Source: the human T2T-CHM13v2.0 reference genome, Homo sapiens. From it: a stretch of 64,000 nucleotides of DNA. The DNA lies in the NCBI RefSeq assembly GCF_009914755.1, contig NC_060934.1. One strand, given 5' to 3'. The translations under genes and the position numbers were made by a program. The notes under the pieces were generated by a model. It searched no databases. It was given only the letters and a program-made list of their open reading frames with translations, and had not been told where the DNA came from. Shown one piece after another: positions 1 through 15,699 of this stretch (the first letter of the stretch is position 1; every line of letters begins with the position of its first letter).

Positions 1-399
1 CGTGCATGTGTCTGCAAAGCTGTCTAGTTAGGTAAGCATGGCACACACACTGTGTTTGGGGTTGAATTAAGTTAATTCAGGACAGAGGTGTGTGTGTAAG
101 TAGATAGAGAGCTCTGTGGTTCTCAGAAGATGCTCACCTAAAATATAGAATGATTTTATCTACAGAGGCCTATAAAAACTGGAAACCTTAATTAGATGTA
201 CCAACCTCACAAAGATATGAATGCCCTCTTCATAAAGAACCACTAGGACCTTTCCTTCAACCCTCAATCTTCTCTTTGAGTCACTGTTTCCAGGCAAAAT
301 GCAGCTTCCTATGCATTTGCCATCCCCATCTTTGTCCCATGAGGTAGAGGAGAGAGCAATACCTTGGGTCTATTCACCTGGTTTATTACCTCCTCTTCT

Positions 400-940
400 G
401 CTTGCCCTGTAAATGTGTTTCCCAGAGTCCTGTGTTGAGACTTTTTCACTCTCTACAGACTTTTCTACTAGGCAACACCATCCACACCTTAACCTTCAAA
501 TATCAAATGCATGTGAAGGGCTCTAACACCCCTTTCTGGGCTCTAGACTCCTTCTGGGGGGGTCTAGACTTCTTTGCCTCCAGCAATCAAATGTTCTCAA
601 GGACCCTGTTATTTCCCTCTCCTGTATTCTCTACAGTTTGGTGATTAACACTCATATTCATCCAGGAGCCCACTCCAGAAACAGAAAGTCAATTTCAATT
701 TCTTTTTTGTTATTCACATCCATTTAGGAAACTGACGATTTGGTTTCATAAATCTCTCTAAGATATTTAGCTCACCCTCCCTAATCTGGCGCCCTGGTTC
801 ATACTCTAAGCACGTTCTCACTTATCTTCCAGATTTTCCTGCCTGTAACCTTTCACCACCCGAATCCATCCTCCAAATGGCTGCAACAGTAATTTTTCTA
901 GAAAGCGAAGCTGATCATGTTACTCATACTTGTTCAAAAT
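400..940. mobile_element. Degraded L2 LINE fragment
   Basis: L2-like phrases (ttcaaatatc, gaatccatcctcc, ctgatcatgttactc); boundaries approximate. Confidence 0.55.
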
Positions 941-964
941 TAAGATTCCCGTGATTGGGAATGT

Positions 965-1486
<522 letters not shown>

Positions 1487-1604
1487 CTACTCCCTCTTTA
1501 GAGAATGAAAAGTCTGGTGATCAGCATACAGAATCAAACTGATCTTCTGGCCTATAAAGCATATGTTGAGAAGCAGTTGATTATAAGCCAGAGCAGTTCA
1601 ATGA

Positions 1605-1800
1605 AATAATAAAAGGGTAACATTTACTGAGCGATGACTACAACTAAATGTTCTGCTAACGACTCTGTTTTTCTTATTTTATCCTCACAAAACAATCTTA
1701 TGAAGTAGGCACTAATATCCTCCCCGTTTAGAGATGAACAAAGTAACGTGACTTTCCCCAGGTCATACAGCTAGGAAAGCAGTTTGGTTTCAGAGCCCTT
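1605..1800 (-). mobile_element. MIR
   Basis: catttactgagc...atcctcacaa...gtaggcacta...cccaggtcatacagcta. Confidence 0.75.
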
Positions 1801-2168
1801 GTTCTGAGCAGATGGAAGTGTTTGAAAGAACCTTTCCAGTCAAACAAAATAGCTATTAAGAGTTGCTGCCTCCTCATCAGGTAAATATGTCCCAGGCATT
1901 GGAAAATGCACTTTCCACCTGGTTTCATTTATTGCACAAGTCTTGCCATTTCCCTATCAAATGGTTTGTTCCAGCAAGCCATGTCCTGGTCCACCCCAGG
2001 GCCTTTGCTTCTACACACCTTTCTTATGGCACCTGTCAGTCTTCAAATCTCAGTTCCAGCATCCCCTCCTCTGTGACATTCTTCCTGAGTCCCTCAATCT
2101 GCGTTAAATGAATACATTAGAATACAATGACTAGATAAACTATGCTAGAAATGCTAGTTCCATTCTAA

Positions 2169-2497
<329 letters not shown>

Positions 2498-2561
2498 TGA
2501 GCATTTTTTAAAAGTCATAAACCAGCGTAAGAACAATGCCTATATGTCATTGTCTCAATGA

Positions 2562-2948
<387 letters not shown>

Positions 2949-2949
2949 T

Positions 2950-3250
2950 AGTTTTTGAGTCCTGTGATCTGTTGGGTATTATTCTAGGTGCTGGGGATAC
3001 CTGGCATTTGGTGGAGCTTAGGTATTTCTGAGGAAGGAGGGTGCTGAATGCATAAAGCAGAAGTCGGTGACAGAGTGCTATTTTTGAAAGTGTGATGATG
3101 GAAGACCTCTCAGAAGAAATGGCATTTGAGCAGCAACCTGAATAAAGTGAAAGACAGCACCAAGTATCAATTTTGAAAGCTCCAGGGTGAGGGTAGAGTA
3201 AGTGAAAAGACCACGAGGAAGAGGGATGCCTGCCATGTTTGAGAAATTGT
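2950..3250. mobile_element. L2 fragment
   Basis: gtgctggggatac...gaagacctctcagaagaaatggcatttgagc; approximate. Confidence 0.55.
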
Positions 3251-3301
3251 CTTATTATTTTTTCATTTATTTTCACATAATCACGTTTTGGTCAATGACG
3301 A

Positions 3302-3666
<365 letters not shown>

Positions 3667-4146
3667 TGAAATACATATGTGTTTGTATAAGTTCACGCAT
3701 ACATGCATATACATTATATATGCATACACATATTAAATTTATCTTTCAGATTTCCACAGCCTCTTTTATTCATTTACTTTTCACGGGTTTAAAATACCTG
3801 GTTCCTGCTATCCAAAAGCCTATTCTTTGACCATCTCTGTTAATCACAGAGGGTGCAGTATGCCCTATGGAGCCACAGAGGTGAAACTCCAGACCCTGGA
3901 GGCCCCCAGCTGGCTGGCTGCGTTAAGTAGGATGCTGAACTGGCAGATGCGGCTCCATCAGACAGGTGCCTGCAATGCACAAAAGGGACAGTAGGTGGCG
4001 CTGCATCATTCCATATGAATCTTCCTGGAAAGGTGGTTGAGAGAAATGGGGAATTGTGTGAACTGGGTTTCCCTTCTCTTTTCTTGTTTATAGCCCTCCT
4101 GTGCTGCAGGAAACAACTGACGCCTGTGAGGCTGCACATTGTGTGA

Positions 4147-4149
<3 letters not shown>

Positions 4150-4196
<47 letters not shown>
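4150..4196. repeat. (TG)23 microsatellite
   Basis: Perfect dinucleotide run. Confidence 0.98.
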
Positions 4197-4198
<2 letters not shown>

Positions 4199-4352
4199 AC
4201 TGGCTGCTCTGGCCTGCCTGCAGCATTTATGATGTGGAGACCTTTGGCCACCTAAATATTGTGCACATATCATATTGCTATTTGTCTGCAATGTTTAAAA
4301 AAGCTACTAGAAGAAATAAGAATGATTCAAACTATTAAGCTGAGATCCTAAA

Positions 4353-4530
4353 ACAGAGTTTCTCAAATTTCACTGTACGTTAAAATCATACTAATCTCTT
4401 CAAAGCAGATTATGATGCCATACTTCCAGGAATCCTAATTCAGTGGGTCTGGGATAAGACCCAGAACACCACATTTTTATCATTTAATTTGGGGGCAGGT
4501 GGCTCATTAAGCCACACTTTACAAAATTCT
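4353..4530. mobile_element. MER5-type hAT-Charlie DNA transposon relic
   Basis: cagagtttctcaaa...aattcagtgggtctggga...ccacactttacaaa. Confidence 0.65.
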
Positions 4531-6819
4531 AGTCTGACGTTTGCTGGTCAATAAAATGATGGTGTGAATGGTCGAAAAACTACGTGGGTTTTCAAGCTAC
4601 ACAGATCATTTTACTCTAAGATGGGGCCAGAAAGTCATCTGCACATGGCTCCTATATAAGGGAACAGATAAGGGAAGCAGTTTAGGAAGGACTACAAGAT
4701 CCACCTTATCTTTTTTTTGTCCCCAATTTCTGTTCTGCAAGTTTGCAGTCTTCAGTGATTTTTTTTTTTCTGCAAGACTGGCTGCGACAAGGCAGCTTTC
4801 TGAGCAGAAATCTGCATGCTCTCTAAAACCTCTGCCCCATCCGACTGAAGGCAACACTGGCTGCAGCACGTGTCTCATTAGTTTGCAAACTAGCAGAGCA
4901 CAGTGAATACTATCCCCAAGGAATTACCAACTGTCAGGCTACAGGAGATTACCAGGCGCCCAGCAAGACCGGCCCACTCCCAGAAACACTATGCAGGAAC
5001 ATCGGCTCCATTTGTTTCAGATGACCTTTGCAAACCCATCTTTTTTTTTCAAACCCTCTGGTTTGGAATCAAATCACTTTTCTGCACTGGAGAGTGGTCG
5101 GAATGTGTATGTGAGACAGGCAATGGGCTTTCAAGATTGCCCCTGAGGGTAGGAACTGGGGAGGGGCAGAGGACAGGCTTGGTGAGCTAAGAGTTGCTGC
5201 TAATTCTCCTCTTCCTCATGATAGAAAAATCAAGTTTTACTAGGTGCCAGGGTACCATATATTTTGCTTGATGGGACTTTTGGGAACGAGATGTGCATCT
5301 ACTTGACAGAGGAGAAAATCAAGGCTCAGAGAGATGGAGTGACTTCCCCAGGAGTTTGAACCAAAATCTGGACCTAGTCAGAATGCCCGACTCAGTCCAG
5401 TGCTTTTCTTTCCCCTATAAAGCCACCTCTCACTGCCATATCATGGCACTTTGGCATCCACAGTCACTCATGACACCCTCCATCTTTAAGATGCCTGAGA
5501 GTGTGACTCGGTTATGTTCTTGTTCTGACTTGCTTTGAGCATAAAGTGATGCCAGAGTCACAGTGCTTCTCCAATCCTTGATTTCTCCATCTGAAAGAAA
5601 AGGCCAGAAGTCTGTTATGGTATAGATGTGAAGATGAGCAAAAAGAGTTTGTGGGCATAGCAAAGCACCCTGGATCTTTAGGAGGGAGGCACTAACCAAA
5701 CATGTCAGAATCTGCTGAAACAGTTATATGAGTTTATATGTATGTGAGTTAGCAAACAGCTTCAAACATGAACTTGCTTTTAACACAGTTAGTACCAAAA
5801 AGCCAGGCTTAGAAAGAAGTTCCATTATATGAGGCATGCTTATCCAACCACTTAACCCAAGATGAGTCTACAAAATTAAAATCAGAACACGAAACATTCC
5901 ATTACAAATTATCTTCCTCTAAGGTTAAGGTCAAATATTTGGTCCAATCAACTAGGCTAATGAAATGAAAGAATTGCAAATGAATGAAGAAACTGGTTTC
6001 TTTTAGAAGGGTTTCCGCAGCCCTTAATCTTAAGCAGAGACAATCTCTGTGTGTGTTGTTTTCCTCTCCAGGATTTCGTTAACTAGGGAGGAGTTTTGCA
6101 GGGGAGCAGTAGACACCTCAAGGGGTATGATCACACACACAGGAATGAGAAAAAAACCTACAGAGTGACAAGGAGGTGAAGCTATGGAAGATTTAATGGG
6201 AGACCCTGAAAAATTTAGATCAGAAGCTGATACTGGCTTTTAAATCAGTATTTACATGTGATTGGACTACGGTAGATGTATAACAAATTTGTGGTATATG
6301 GAACACAATTATAATTTGTAAGGAAGCTAGCTCTCTAGCAAAATCACCCCTTATAGAATAAGCTATGAGATAATAATATGGTCTAGGTAGGAGCCATTCT
6401 TGGCAAATGTGCTGTCATTTTTATTGCAAGTTATTTTTGCTACTAATCATTAATGTTTGTGACGTATTGTTAAAGATTTTAGTATGATCATTTCTATGAT
6501 ACCATTGCTATCATTTCCCTACATACTAACATATAGGGAGGTGTTATGTCTTAGTAAGTGGAAAGTCCTGAAAGTCTATATAGGACGAGTTAGGGATGGC
6601 AGTTAGATGGACAGGAGCCCCCGTGATGAGTACTGAACTATGTAGTTGTGTAACAAGCACACTGCTTCTAACCAAAATGTTTATGTTTCTTCAAGATGAT
6701 CTGTAAAGAGTAGGGAGTAGATAGTAAAAGCTAATGGAGACAGCTCCTCCAATCCCAAGCCGCTCTTGGCACTGACACTGACCTTAGTTATCAAGAGCTA
6801 GGATCCTTGCGGCAGGTGG

Positions 6820-7010
6820 ACCTGAGTCTGAAGCATGGTTCTGCTAGGTAGTAGGTGGGCCACTTCAAACAAGTAACTTAAGCTCTCTGAACCTCAACAC
6901 TTTTTGTAAATAGGGTTACTAATAGTGCCTACTTCAAGGGACTGTTTTGAGAAGTGAGATAACATATATTAAGAGCCTGTTTAGCACAAAGTCTGGAACA
7001 CACTGTAAAC
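6820..7010 (+). mobile_element. MIR
   Basis: caagtaacttaagctctctgaacctca...aatagtgcctacttca. Confidence 0.7.
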
Positions 7011-8150
7011 TATAGCCAAAAATAGGCAGATTGAGTTGGCATACTGAGAATCATGTGTAACTTTGTCAGACCCAAATAAAGGAGTGCATGTTTCTTTGAA
7101 GCACCTCTGCCATGAGAGTACAGGAGACAGAGATCAGAATTACTGACATGTTAGGAAGACTCAACAACCAAAACACCTTTTTGTCATCCCCTAATAGTCT
7201 TGCCCTCTCACTGGACCACAGCAGCTAAAAAAGAAAATGTTCTAATTGATACTTTCTGTATTCAATTTTGTTCCATGGGCAAGGTGCAGAGGAGAGGCAT
7301 GGAGTAATAATGGCTGGCCTTGAGGCTCTTGGACTAAAACTTGATATTTGAACAAGACCATTCATATAAAGGAGCTGCTTTCATTTAAAGGAAACAATTT
7401 CTTTAGTAACCAACACAAGTCCTATGACTGGGAAACCCCTTACACCTAACATGTTAATGACACATGTTTTAAGCACACATAACTTAGAAGTTATTATTGT
7501 CTCATCATACTTACTCACATCTTTAGAATCCCCAATGAGGGAAAAGCTTTAGCATTTCTTGGAACTGTTTCCTACCACAGTTTCCTTAACACTGTTTTTA
7601 TACTCTTTCTCTCTACACCACCTTCTCTCTAACACCAAGTCATCCACAGATAGAAGCCCAGGAAAAAGGAGCAAAACCCTAAAAGGATTATTAATAGCAA
7701 CATATTATGAGAAGACAGAAATAATCAGATGGGGAGAAATTTCTTTACTTGGGCTAATTCTCAATGCATTAGATTGAGTGGTGCATGTGGATTGTTTTCA
7801 ACAATTTCTGACCCCAGCAAAACCAAATTTCTTTGTTTCAACCAAATAGCTCTGCAAGTTACTTAGGCTCAGCCTCCAGATTCAAGTGTCATATCTTCAA
7901 GGCACCCGGGGTAAGCAGAGGAAATGCAATGAGAATTTGAAGCAATCCAGAGAGTCCAGGATTAATCAAATTCTACTCTTTGATTTTCTTCTCACTCTTT
8001 CCTTATTTTGGTCTCTTAATCATTTCTTCCCCATTCCCCTTCTGCTAAAAGATAACTAGTGTACTTCTTCTAGATATAAAATTGTGAATTCAATTTGAAA
8101 AGGACACAATATTTAAGATAGGTCATAAACCAACAACAGTAATAACATAC

Positions 8151-8337
8151 AAGTTACATGTAAGTACAGGACGGCGCTGTCAGAACCCAGACTGTTGTCC
8201 ACCTGCACGGTCACACGGAAAATGCCCACGTTCTGATAGACGTGTTTGATCCCATCTTCCATGGAGCTGAGATTGACGTAAGACACCGCGATACCATCGC
8301 CAAAGTCCACTTGGATGAGTGTCCGCTGAACATCACC
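8151..8337 (-). CDS. SORCS1: SORCS1 coding exon I (187 nt, phase 0-1): GDVQRTLIQVDFGDGIAVSYVNLSSMEDGIKHVYQNVGIFRVTVQVDNSLGSDSAVLYLHVT; PKD domain
   Basis: ORF 8113..8310; PKD motifs DFGDG, H.Y...G.F.V.V.V.N.LG; tttcag|GGT acceptor, CTT|gtatgt donor. Confidence 0.97.
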
Positions 8338-8368
8338 CTGAAAAACAACCCAACATCAGAGGAAATGA

Positions 8369-8375
8369 GTTAGTA
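8369..8375 (-). promoter_or_regulatory. Consensus branch point TACTAAC for exon I (branch A 33 nt upstream of the exon)
   Basis: + strand gttagta = TACTAAC on the transcript; no AG between it and the acceptor. Confidence 0.8.
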
Positions 8376-8712
8376 TTCGGCTGCTCCTGCCTAGGGGACT
8401 GGGGACTACGGCTTGTCCTAGTCCCTGGCTCAGGCATGACGGCAGCCCTGGCTCACTCCTACAGCTAGGAGCATCTGCCTGCCTTTGACAGAATCCCTGT
8501 GACATTCCCTGGCAGGCAAGAGTTTGCTACGATGGATACACTCCAAATCTGAAGGACACCAACTACTGTAAGTTTCAGGGGTTTGAAAATTAATAGTGCT
8601 TGATTATCAGCTGCAATGTGATATTCAATTCCTCCAAAGGCTTTGGTAATAGTCTTAGCATCCACAAGGATAAAAGGTGTACACACACAACTTTAAAAAT
8701 TTAGCTTACCTG

Positions 8713-9034
<322 letters not shown>

Positions 9035-9199
9035 CTACCTGACTGACATGGTAATGGACCACTCCACTTCCTGTGTCTTCAAGACCACCCCTCAACCTGA
9101 ATACCCCTCGTTATTTCTTGTTCCCTAATTGTATCATAGGAAGGACGGAAGACACTTTGCCTGATATCTGATAGGACACTGTACGCAGCCCTATTATTA

Positions 9200-9620
9200 T
9201 CTGAGATAATAATGGTTAATTCTTTTATGCTTTAGCATTTCAAGCTATCCAAATGATCTCATGTTATTCTTCACAGATTCTTAGTCTAGTATGGAGAGAG
9301 GAGTAGGCAATCTTCTCCCACTTTACAGAGGAAGAAGATGAAGTCAAAAAAGATGTCATCACTTGTTCAAGGTTAACACAGCTAGTAAGTGGCGGTCCTG
9401 GTATTCTAACTCACCTTTCTGCACTTCCAGGTCATTCATTATAGAGAGAATATAGCACTGTAGGTAATCAAGGTTCCCCTGGCATGAATTCTCATGTGCC
9501 ATTAACAAGCTGGAAGACTTCATGCAAGTCATTCAGTCTCCTGCAGTCTCAGTGACAAATCTATGAACTGGGTATAATAATACCTTCCTGTCTTAAAGAG
9601 TTGTAAAAACTATGCAGTAA
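9200..9620. mobile_element. Two adjacent MIRs in opposite orientation
   Basis: cccactttacagaggaa...acacagctagtaagtggc, then caagtcattcagtctc...ataataataccttcc. Confidence 0.6.
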
Positions 9621-11509
9621 ATTAATTACAGATTAATTAGTCATCTGTAAAACGCTACATAAAAATGACTATAAATCAATGTAGCTATAAAAGACCTACA
9701 ATTGTCCCTTTAAAGCTTAATTGAAATTGTAGGATTCCAAATTTCCCATGGGTAGGCAGAAGAAGATACATTCTGCATTATAAAATCCCAGACCTGTAAA
9801 AAAAAAAAAGAAATGGCCTTTGGAACAACAGTTTAGATTCTTAAGGAAAAAAAGTTGCTCAGACCCCATTGACAAAAACCAGCTTCCTTCACACACAGTC
9901 CATCCTTTAACAAATTTTGTTGTTGTTGTTAGCCTTTCCCACTTTCAGGAAAGAAAAAAACAAAAACCTTTGAACTAGAAATGTATTTTCGATTAAGTAA
10001 GGTTCATATGGTATCATATTTTTTGAAAAGGCCAAGTTTAAAATGTTGACATTTAAAAGATTAATTCACAGGGAAAAAGAAAAGCAGTTCAAATCCTATG
10101 AATCTGTGTGACCTACTCCTCTGCTCTATGCCCAGCCAAGCATTGTGTGTGGGGCTCACAGCAGCAGACTCAATAAGTACATAGGCACAAATTCTCCCCT
10201 AGGGTAAACAGAGAAATTCCATTCAAAACTACAAAATAAATATCCAAAGCCCAGACATTGTGCACTTACTTGAATTCCCTTCACTAATAAATATAAATGT
10301 CAACTATTCTTGCTGACGTGTCCTTCATTTAAACAACCAAAGTGGACTGATCAACTTCTCATTCTGTTTCCAGTTAGTTTCCACCCCTAGTTTTCAACAG
10401 AGTTGCTGGGAAGCCAGCCCTAGGTGTGGGCAAGGGGAAAGAGCCCACTTTTGAAGCAAGTATCTGAGGGAAATAGCAAGGGTATCTGGGGTTATCCATG
10501 GAATAAAACAAGGAATGCAGTTTCCACTAGAGAGGGGGGAGGACATGACGGAAGAGGGAGACAGACAAGTTTAAAGTACTTTGTGGTGACAGAGTGAGCA
10601 TCAGGCAGGGGCCATCATTTGCTAAAGGACAGAGGGGAGATTCACACCTTCAGTCAACTCTACTTCAGCCTCCATTGAGAGACAGCAGACACTCACACAG
10701 CTGGGAAGAATACAACTTTGGCTGCCATTGCTTGAGTCTACCTTGCCTTGCCCTTTCTGTCTGGTCTTCATCACTTCCATTTTGTTGTCCTGGATCAAGA
10801 CCAGTTACATAAAAACCCTCCAATTTCTATCTCTCTTGATGTCTACTGTCTGTCTTGCTGGGTTTTGTTTCATGATAGGATTCTTCATTGTCCATTCATG
10901 GAATGCTCTCTGTGTATATAATGGGTGAAAGGATGGAGCTACTCAATGTTTGGACTAGGGCATTAGTAAGGTTTCCATTTCAGAGTCAGGTTATTAGGGT
11001 GTTAGGTCAGGTATTTTATATATAATTATATAACAGATCATACTTTACATGATAGAATCAGGTATTAGGTTTAACATGCACCTGACAGCCCCTGAAGACA
11101 AAGACATGGAATACTCCAATCAAATGTGAAGTCCCCAGGACCTCCTGATATTGGGATAGGCCTCTTGGCTTGGACTCTGCACTAGGAGATAAGAATGTCA
11201 AGGGGCCATGTATGACAGCAGAAGGCAGCTGATTATATTCCTGCTGTCGCTTTCCACTAAAGGTGAACAAACTGGATTCCATGCCTTTTCCTTCAGGAGC
11301 TCTCAGGTAAGTGGTAAGGCTACGGCCACTGTAACAGCTTCACGCTGGGGCTCATCTGTCATCAGATTCCGGTGTTCCTGGGCTCAAATGACCACTGGAA
11401 GCAAGGATGTCAGCCACTTTCAGAGAATAAGAAACCGAGCAAAGGGAAGGCAGCCCAAGTCCTAATAACTATTGAGTAGACATACTCACCCTACCGGCGC
11501 TCTGGTCAT

Positions 11510-12620
11510 TCACTCATTCACCCAACAGTCAGATATTTATTGACTGTCTATCTCATGTCAGTCACCAAATGGGAAAATGTTATTAAGCAAGCAATAGCCA
11601 AACAAACAAAATAAATATGGCCTGGGCTTTCATGAGCTTACAGACCACTAGTGAAACACATGCACTTTAATTAACTAATCATGCAAAAAAAATTATTGCA
11701 GGGTGACATGAAGGAAAGGTACATGGAGTTGTAAGCTTTTGTAATATGCAGGACTGGAGAGCCGATCTGATTGGGAACTTCAAAGAAGGCTTCCAAAAGG
11801 AAGTGATATCTGAGCTCAGAAGACCTGAAAGAAGAAGGTAAATTAACCAAATGGAGGAGATGAATGAGTGAGGCACAAGTGAGAGAGTGCAGGCCAGGGG
11901 AACAGAGGGAACAGATGTGCAAAGGCCCTGTGGTAGAGGGAGATAGTACGGTTGAAGAAATTAAAAAAGAAGGAGGAAAAAGAGAGAGAGAACAAGAACA
12001 TGTTACCAAATGAGGTTAAAGCAGAGAAAAATACCTTCTGGGACTTGTGGGTCAAATTCCTGATTTTTATCTTTCTCCTAAGAGCAATGAGAAGCCATTA
12101 AAGTGTTTTACTTTTTAAATGTTTTTAAAATTTTAATTGATAATAATCACACATATTTATGGGGGTATATGTGATATTTCAATACATATATATAATATGT
12201 AGTGATAAAATCAGGGTAACTGTGATATCTATAACCTTGAATCTTTTTTATTTCTTTGTGTTGGAGACATTCAAATTCCTTTCCTCTAGCTATTTTGAAA
12301 TATATAATAAATTATTGTTAACGAAAGTTAACACTGTACTGTGCTATAGAATATTCGAATTTATTCCTCCTGTCTAACTGTGATTTTGGACACATTAACC
12401 AATCTCTCCCTGTCCAGCCTCTTGTAGCTACCATTCTACTCTCCTATTCTGTAAGATCAACTTAATGATTCAAGTGTTCTAAGTAGGGGTTTAAGGGAAG
12501 ATGGCATGATGATATTTTTAATTCAAAATGATCACTCTGGCTATGATATGGAGATGAACTGGAAGTGTGTTGGAAAGCCAATTTGGAGGTATTCTAGGAT
12601 AGATGATAGTAGATTAAACA
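11510..12620. mobile_element. L2 interrupted by an L1MA 3' fragment (about 12120-12460, minus strand)
   Basis: cattcactcattca...gaggaagtgatatctgagct...tgcaaaggccctgtgg (L2); acatatttatggggg...ctagctattttgaaatat (L1MA). Confidence 0.7.
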
Positions 12621-15062
12621 AACAAACAAACAAACAAAAAATCTCCAGCAGAAAATTATATGCACCTTTCTGTCAAAATTAACTCTCATAGTTTATTGGT
12701 TTTGAAATCAGTGATTCTGGGCCTTTGATATCAACATCTTTTTTAGGAGTTTTATTTCTTAATCTGGATGTCCAACTACTACCCAAGACCCAGCACTGTT
12801 TTGAGGCCTCTGAGAGGATGCCCAGTCCTGCTGCAGTCTGAGGTCTGCAGCCGATGCTAGGCTGTAGCAAAGGCTGAGGCCCTCTCATTCTGATTGTTGA
12901 ATATTAGGTCTTCTTGTGGTCGGATACATCTGAAGATGAACACTATAGCACAAGCAGATGCTATTCTTATCTGATTTTAATATGATGAAAAAGCTTTACC
13001 AGGAAGCTTTAGGATTGTAAGTACTAAGGGTGTATTAATAAGGCTGGGAATGGAAAGACTAAATTCATTGTGGACTGAAGCATAATCACAAACAAAAGTG
13101 TCATGATACACGCAGCCAAGATTAGCAAACTTCGCTAGGAAAATGAGTTGCTGGGTGGTACTAGGGTAGACTGTGTCAACTCCGGCGGGGCTAGGAAGTG
13201 TCTTGTTAATGTATCTTCAGTGCCTTAATGCAACACCTGCGAATGATCCTTTTTAGTTCCATATAATTTGAAAGTTGCACATTTCTATTGTGTGTTTGTC
13301 AAAATGCTTTCTTACATATTATCTCATGTGGATGTTAGGACATCTAGGAGATAGAAAGGACAGATGTTATTTATGTTTGATACAACAGAAAAACTGGAGC
13401 ACAGAGGGGTTAAGATGCATAAAGTCACGCAGCTAGTTAGACACCTGCAAAAGGGTTTAAGATGATCTGTGCTTTGACTTGACCTATTCAGTTCAGTTCT
13501 CTTTGAGTTTCTTTAATTGAAATTACTCGCAATATTTCTTTCAGACCAAGAGGAAGGTGGTAACAAAGATAAAGCATTATTTTCTTTTCTTGCTTGACTG
13601 TATTCCTGGCTTTGACTCTCTTTTCCTCTCTAACGATGATAGGTTGGCATTTACTCAATACTCTGCTTCTGTCTACCCACTAGTAAGACAGTATCATGTT
13701 TAAGCCGTAAAGAAGATAGAGAATATGAGAAACAATTGGTATTCATAATCAGTAGTCAGGAAAGTCTTGTGTATAATTAATTGAAAAATACTTCAATCTA
13801 ATAACTCAAAAGAAATCATTTCTGAAACTAAATCCAGGCTGGCAAACATCTAGACTATTACAAAATTCTTCAGATCTAATGCTCTTTAGTCACATGTCCT
13901 AATACAGACACAGAATTGAGAAGACTAGTTCAAAAGAAGTGCCTGAGAAAGGCACAAAACCCACATGAAATCCACGTGATGATTCTATTCTCCAAGGGCA
14001 TTGCTGACGTCTAGAATAGAAAAACAAATTTATCAAATGGCCACCAGGAAGCCAATATTAACCTGAGCAATGAAAGGTGTGTGAACCTATCAGTTCCTGT
14101 AACACAGATTCAGAGAACACTGGGACAATAAATGCTATGGAAACTCCTCACGGACAGCCTCAGTCCAGAAGTGAGACTCCAAGATGTCCCTTAAGGCATC
14201 AGAGACCCATTGCAGATAGACACCAGGCTCGTATATCAGAACCTGGTCCATGCAAGCATGACAGTGGCCCTCACTCAAGCTTCATCAACATTTTTCTTGG
14301 AAGAAAGCAGAAACCACATTGCAGAAAAATCACTAGTATAACCCATTTTTAATAAAAAAATAAGCAACAAATAACACAGTAAATATACCATAAATCTGTA
14401 TGTGTTTGTGCGAGTACAGAGAAAGGTGAAGCAAAAGGTAACCCAGACTGTTAATATTGATTACCCTGGGAGTGGAGTGAAGTGAGGGGCAGGAAGGGAT
14501 CAGCTGGATTCAAAGAAAGGAGGAGTGAATGAGGGGAAATAAATATTTCTCCAAATTTAAAAGGGGGTAGAGTACTGAATAACACAAGAAACATTACAAA
14601 ATACAACACTATACCTCTACTATTACTATAAATATTTAAATATGGGTTAAGTACATTGGAAATAATCAATGTAACAAAGACTTTGTTTTGACTGATGATG
14701 GAATACAACCAACTGAATTTGTTGTTATTTTTGTGTTATTTTGACCACAAAGTAAGATTTTTCACACATCATTAAGCGGCACTGAGTGACAGAAAGGAAA
14801 TCAGATATTTCAGCCATTTCTTTGTATGACTAAGGATATTTAGGCAGAGTAGGGATTATGAAATAAAAGTAGCTCACCATTATCCTGCATACCCTACTCT
14901 AGGGAGGTAGACTCAGGTTAGCAAGGTCTCGACAAGGAGTGGAAAAGGAAATAACAGTTCAACGTACCCTGGCGTGCAGAGAAGAGATTTCATCAGCCAG
15001 TGTAGTAAATGCATGGCATGCGACTTTGTATACAAAGTGAGAGTGCAAGTAAGATTGATCTA

Positions 15063-15226
15063 GTTGGGTGCAGTGGCTCATGACTATAGTCTCAGCACTT
15101 CACGAGGCTGAAGTGAGAGGACCACTTGAGCCCGGGAAGTCAAGGCTGTAGTGAGCCATGATTGCACCACTGCACTCCAGCCTGGATAACAGAGTGAACC
15201 ACTCTCTCACTAAAGAAAAAAAAAAT
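15063..15226 (+). mobile_element. Free Alu monomer (FRAM/FAM-like)
   Basis: Single ~160-nt 7SL-derived arm with ggctgtagtgagccatgattgc and A tail. Confidence 0.8.
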
Positions 15227-15355
15227 AGAAAAGGAAAACAATTGCTCTACAAGATCCCCTGGGTGGTCACTAAGGGAGAAGACAGAGAACATTTTTTGAA
15301 AGTTTACTGTGTCAGAAATAGCAACTACTTTCTATATATTATCTTATTTAAACTT

Positions 15356-15699
15356 TGTATCAGTCTGTTTTCACACTGCTATAAAGAACTGCCTGAGACT
15401 GGGTAATTTATAAAGAAAAGAGATTTAATTGACTCACAGCTCCACATGGCTAGGGAAGGCCTCAGGAAACTTACAATCATAGTGGAAGGGAAAGCAGGCA
15501 CGTCTTGTAGGAGGAACTGTCAAATACTTATAAGACCATCAGATCTCTGAGAACTCACTCACTATTATGAAAACAGCATGGGGGAAACCACCCCTATGAT
15601 CCAATCACCTCCCACCAGGTCCTTCCCTCGACACTGGGGATTATAGGGATTACATTTTAAGATGAGATTTGGGTGGGGACACAGAGCCAAACCATATCA
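15356..15699. mobile_element. THE1 (THE1D-like) MaLR solo LTR inserted in a MIR
   Basis: tgtatcagtctgttttcacactgctataaag...cagagccaaaccatatca; 5-bp TSD aactt/atctt. Confidence 0.9.

Noticed and set aside
3840-4338. HTHTHT/CVCVCV ORFs (also near 26223-26549 and 36467-36652)
   Set aside because: Frames held open by (TG)n microsatellites
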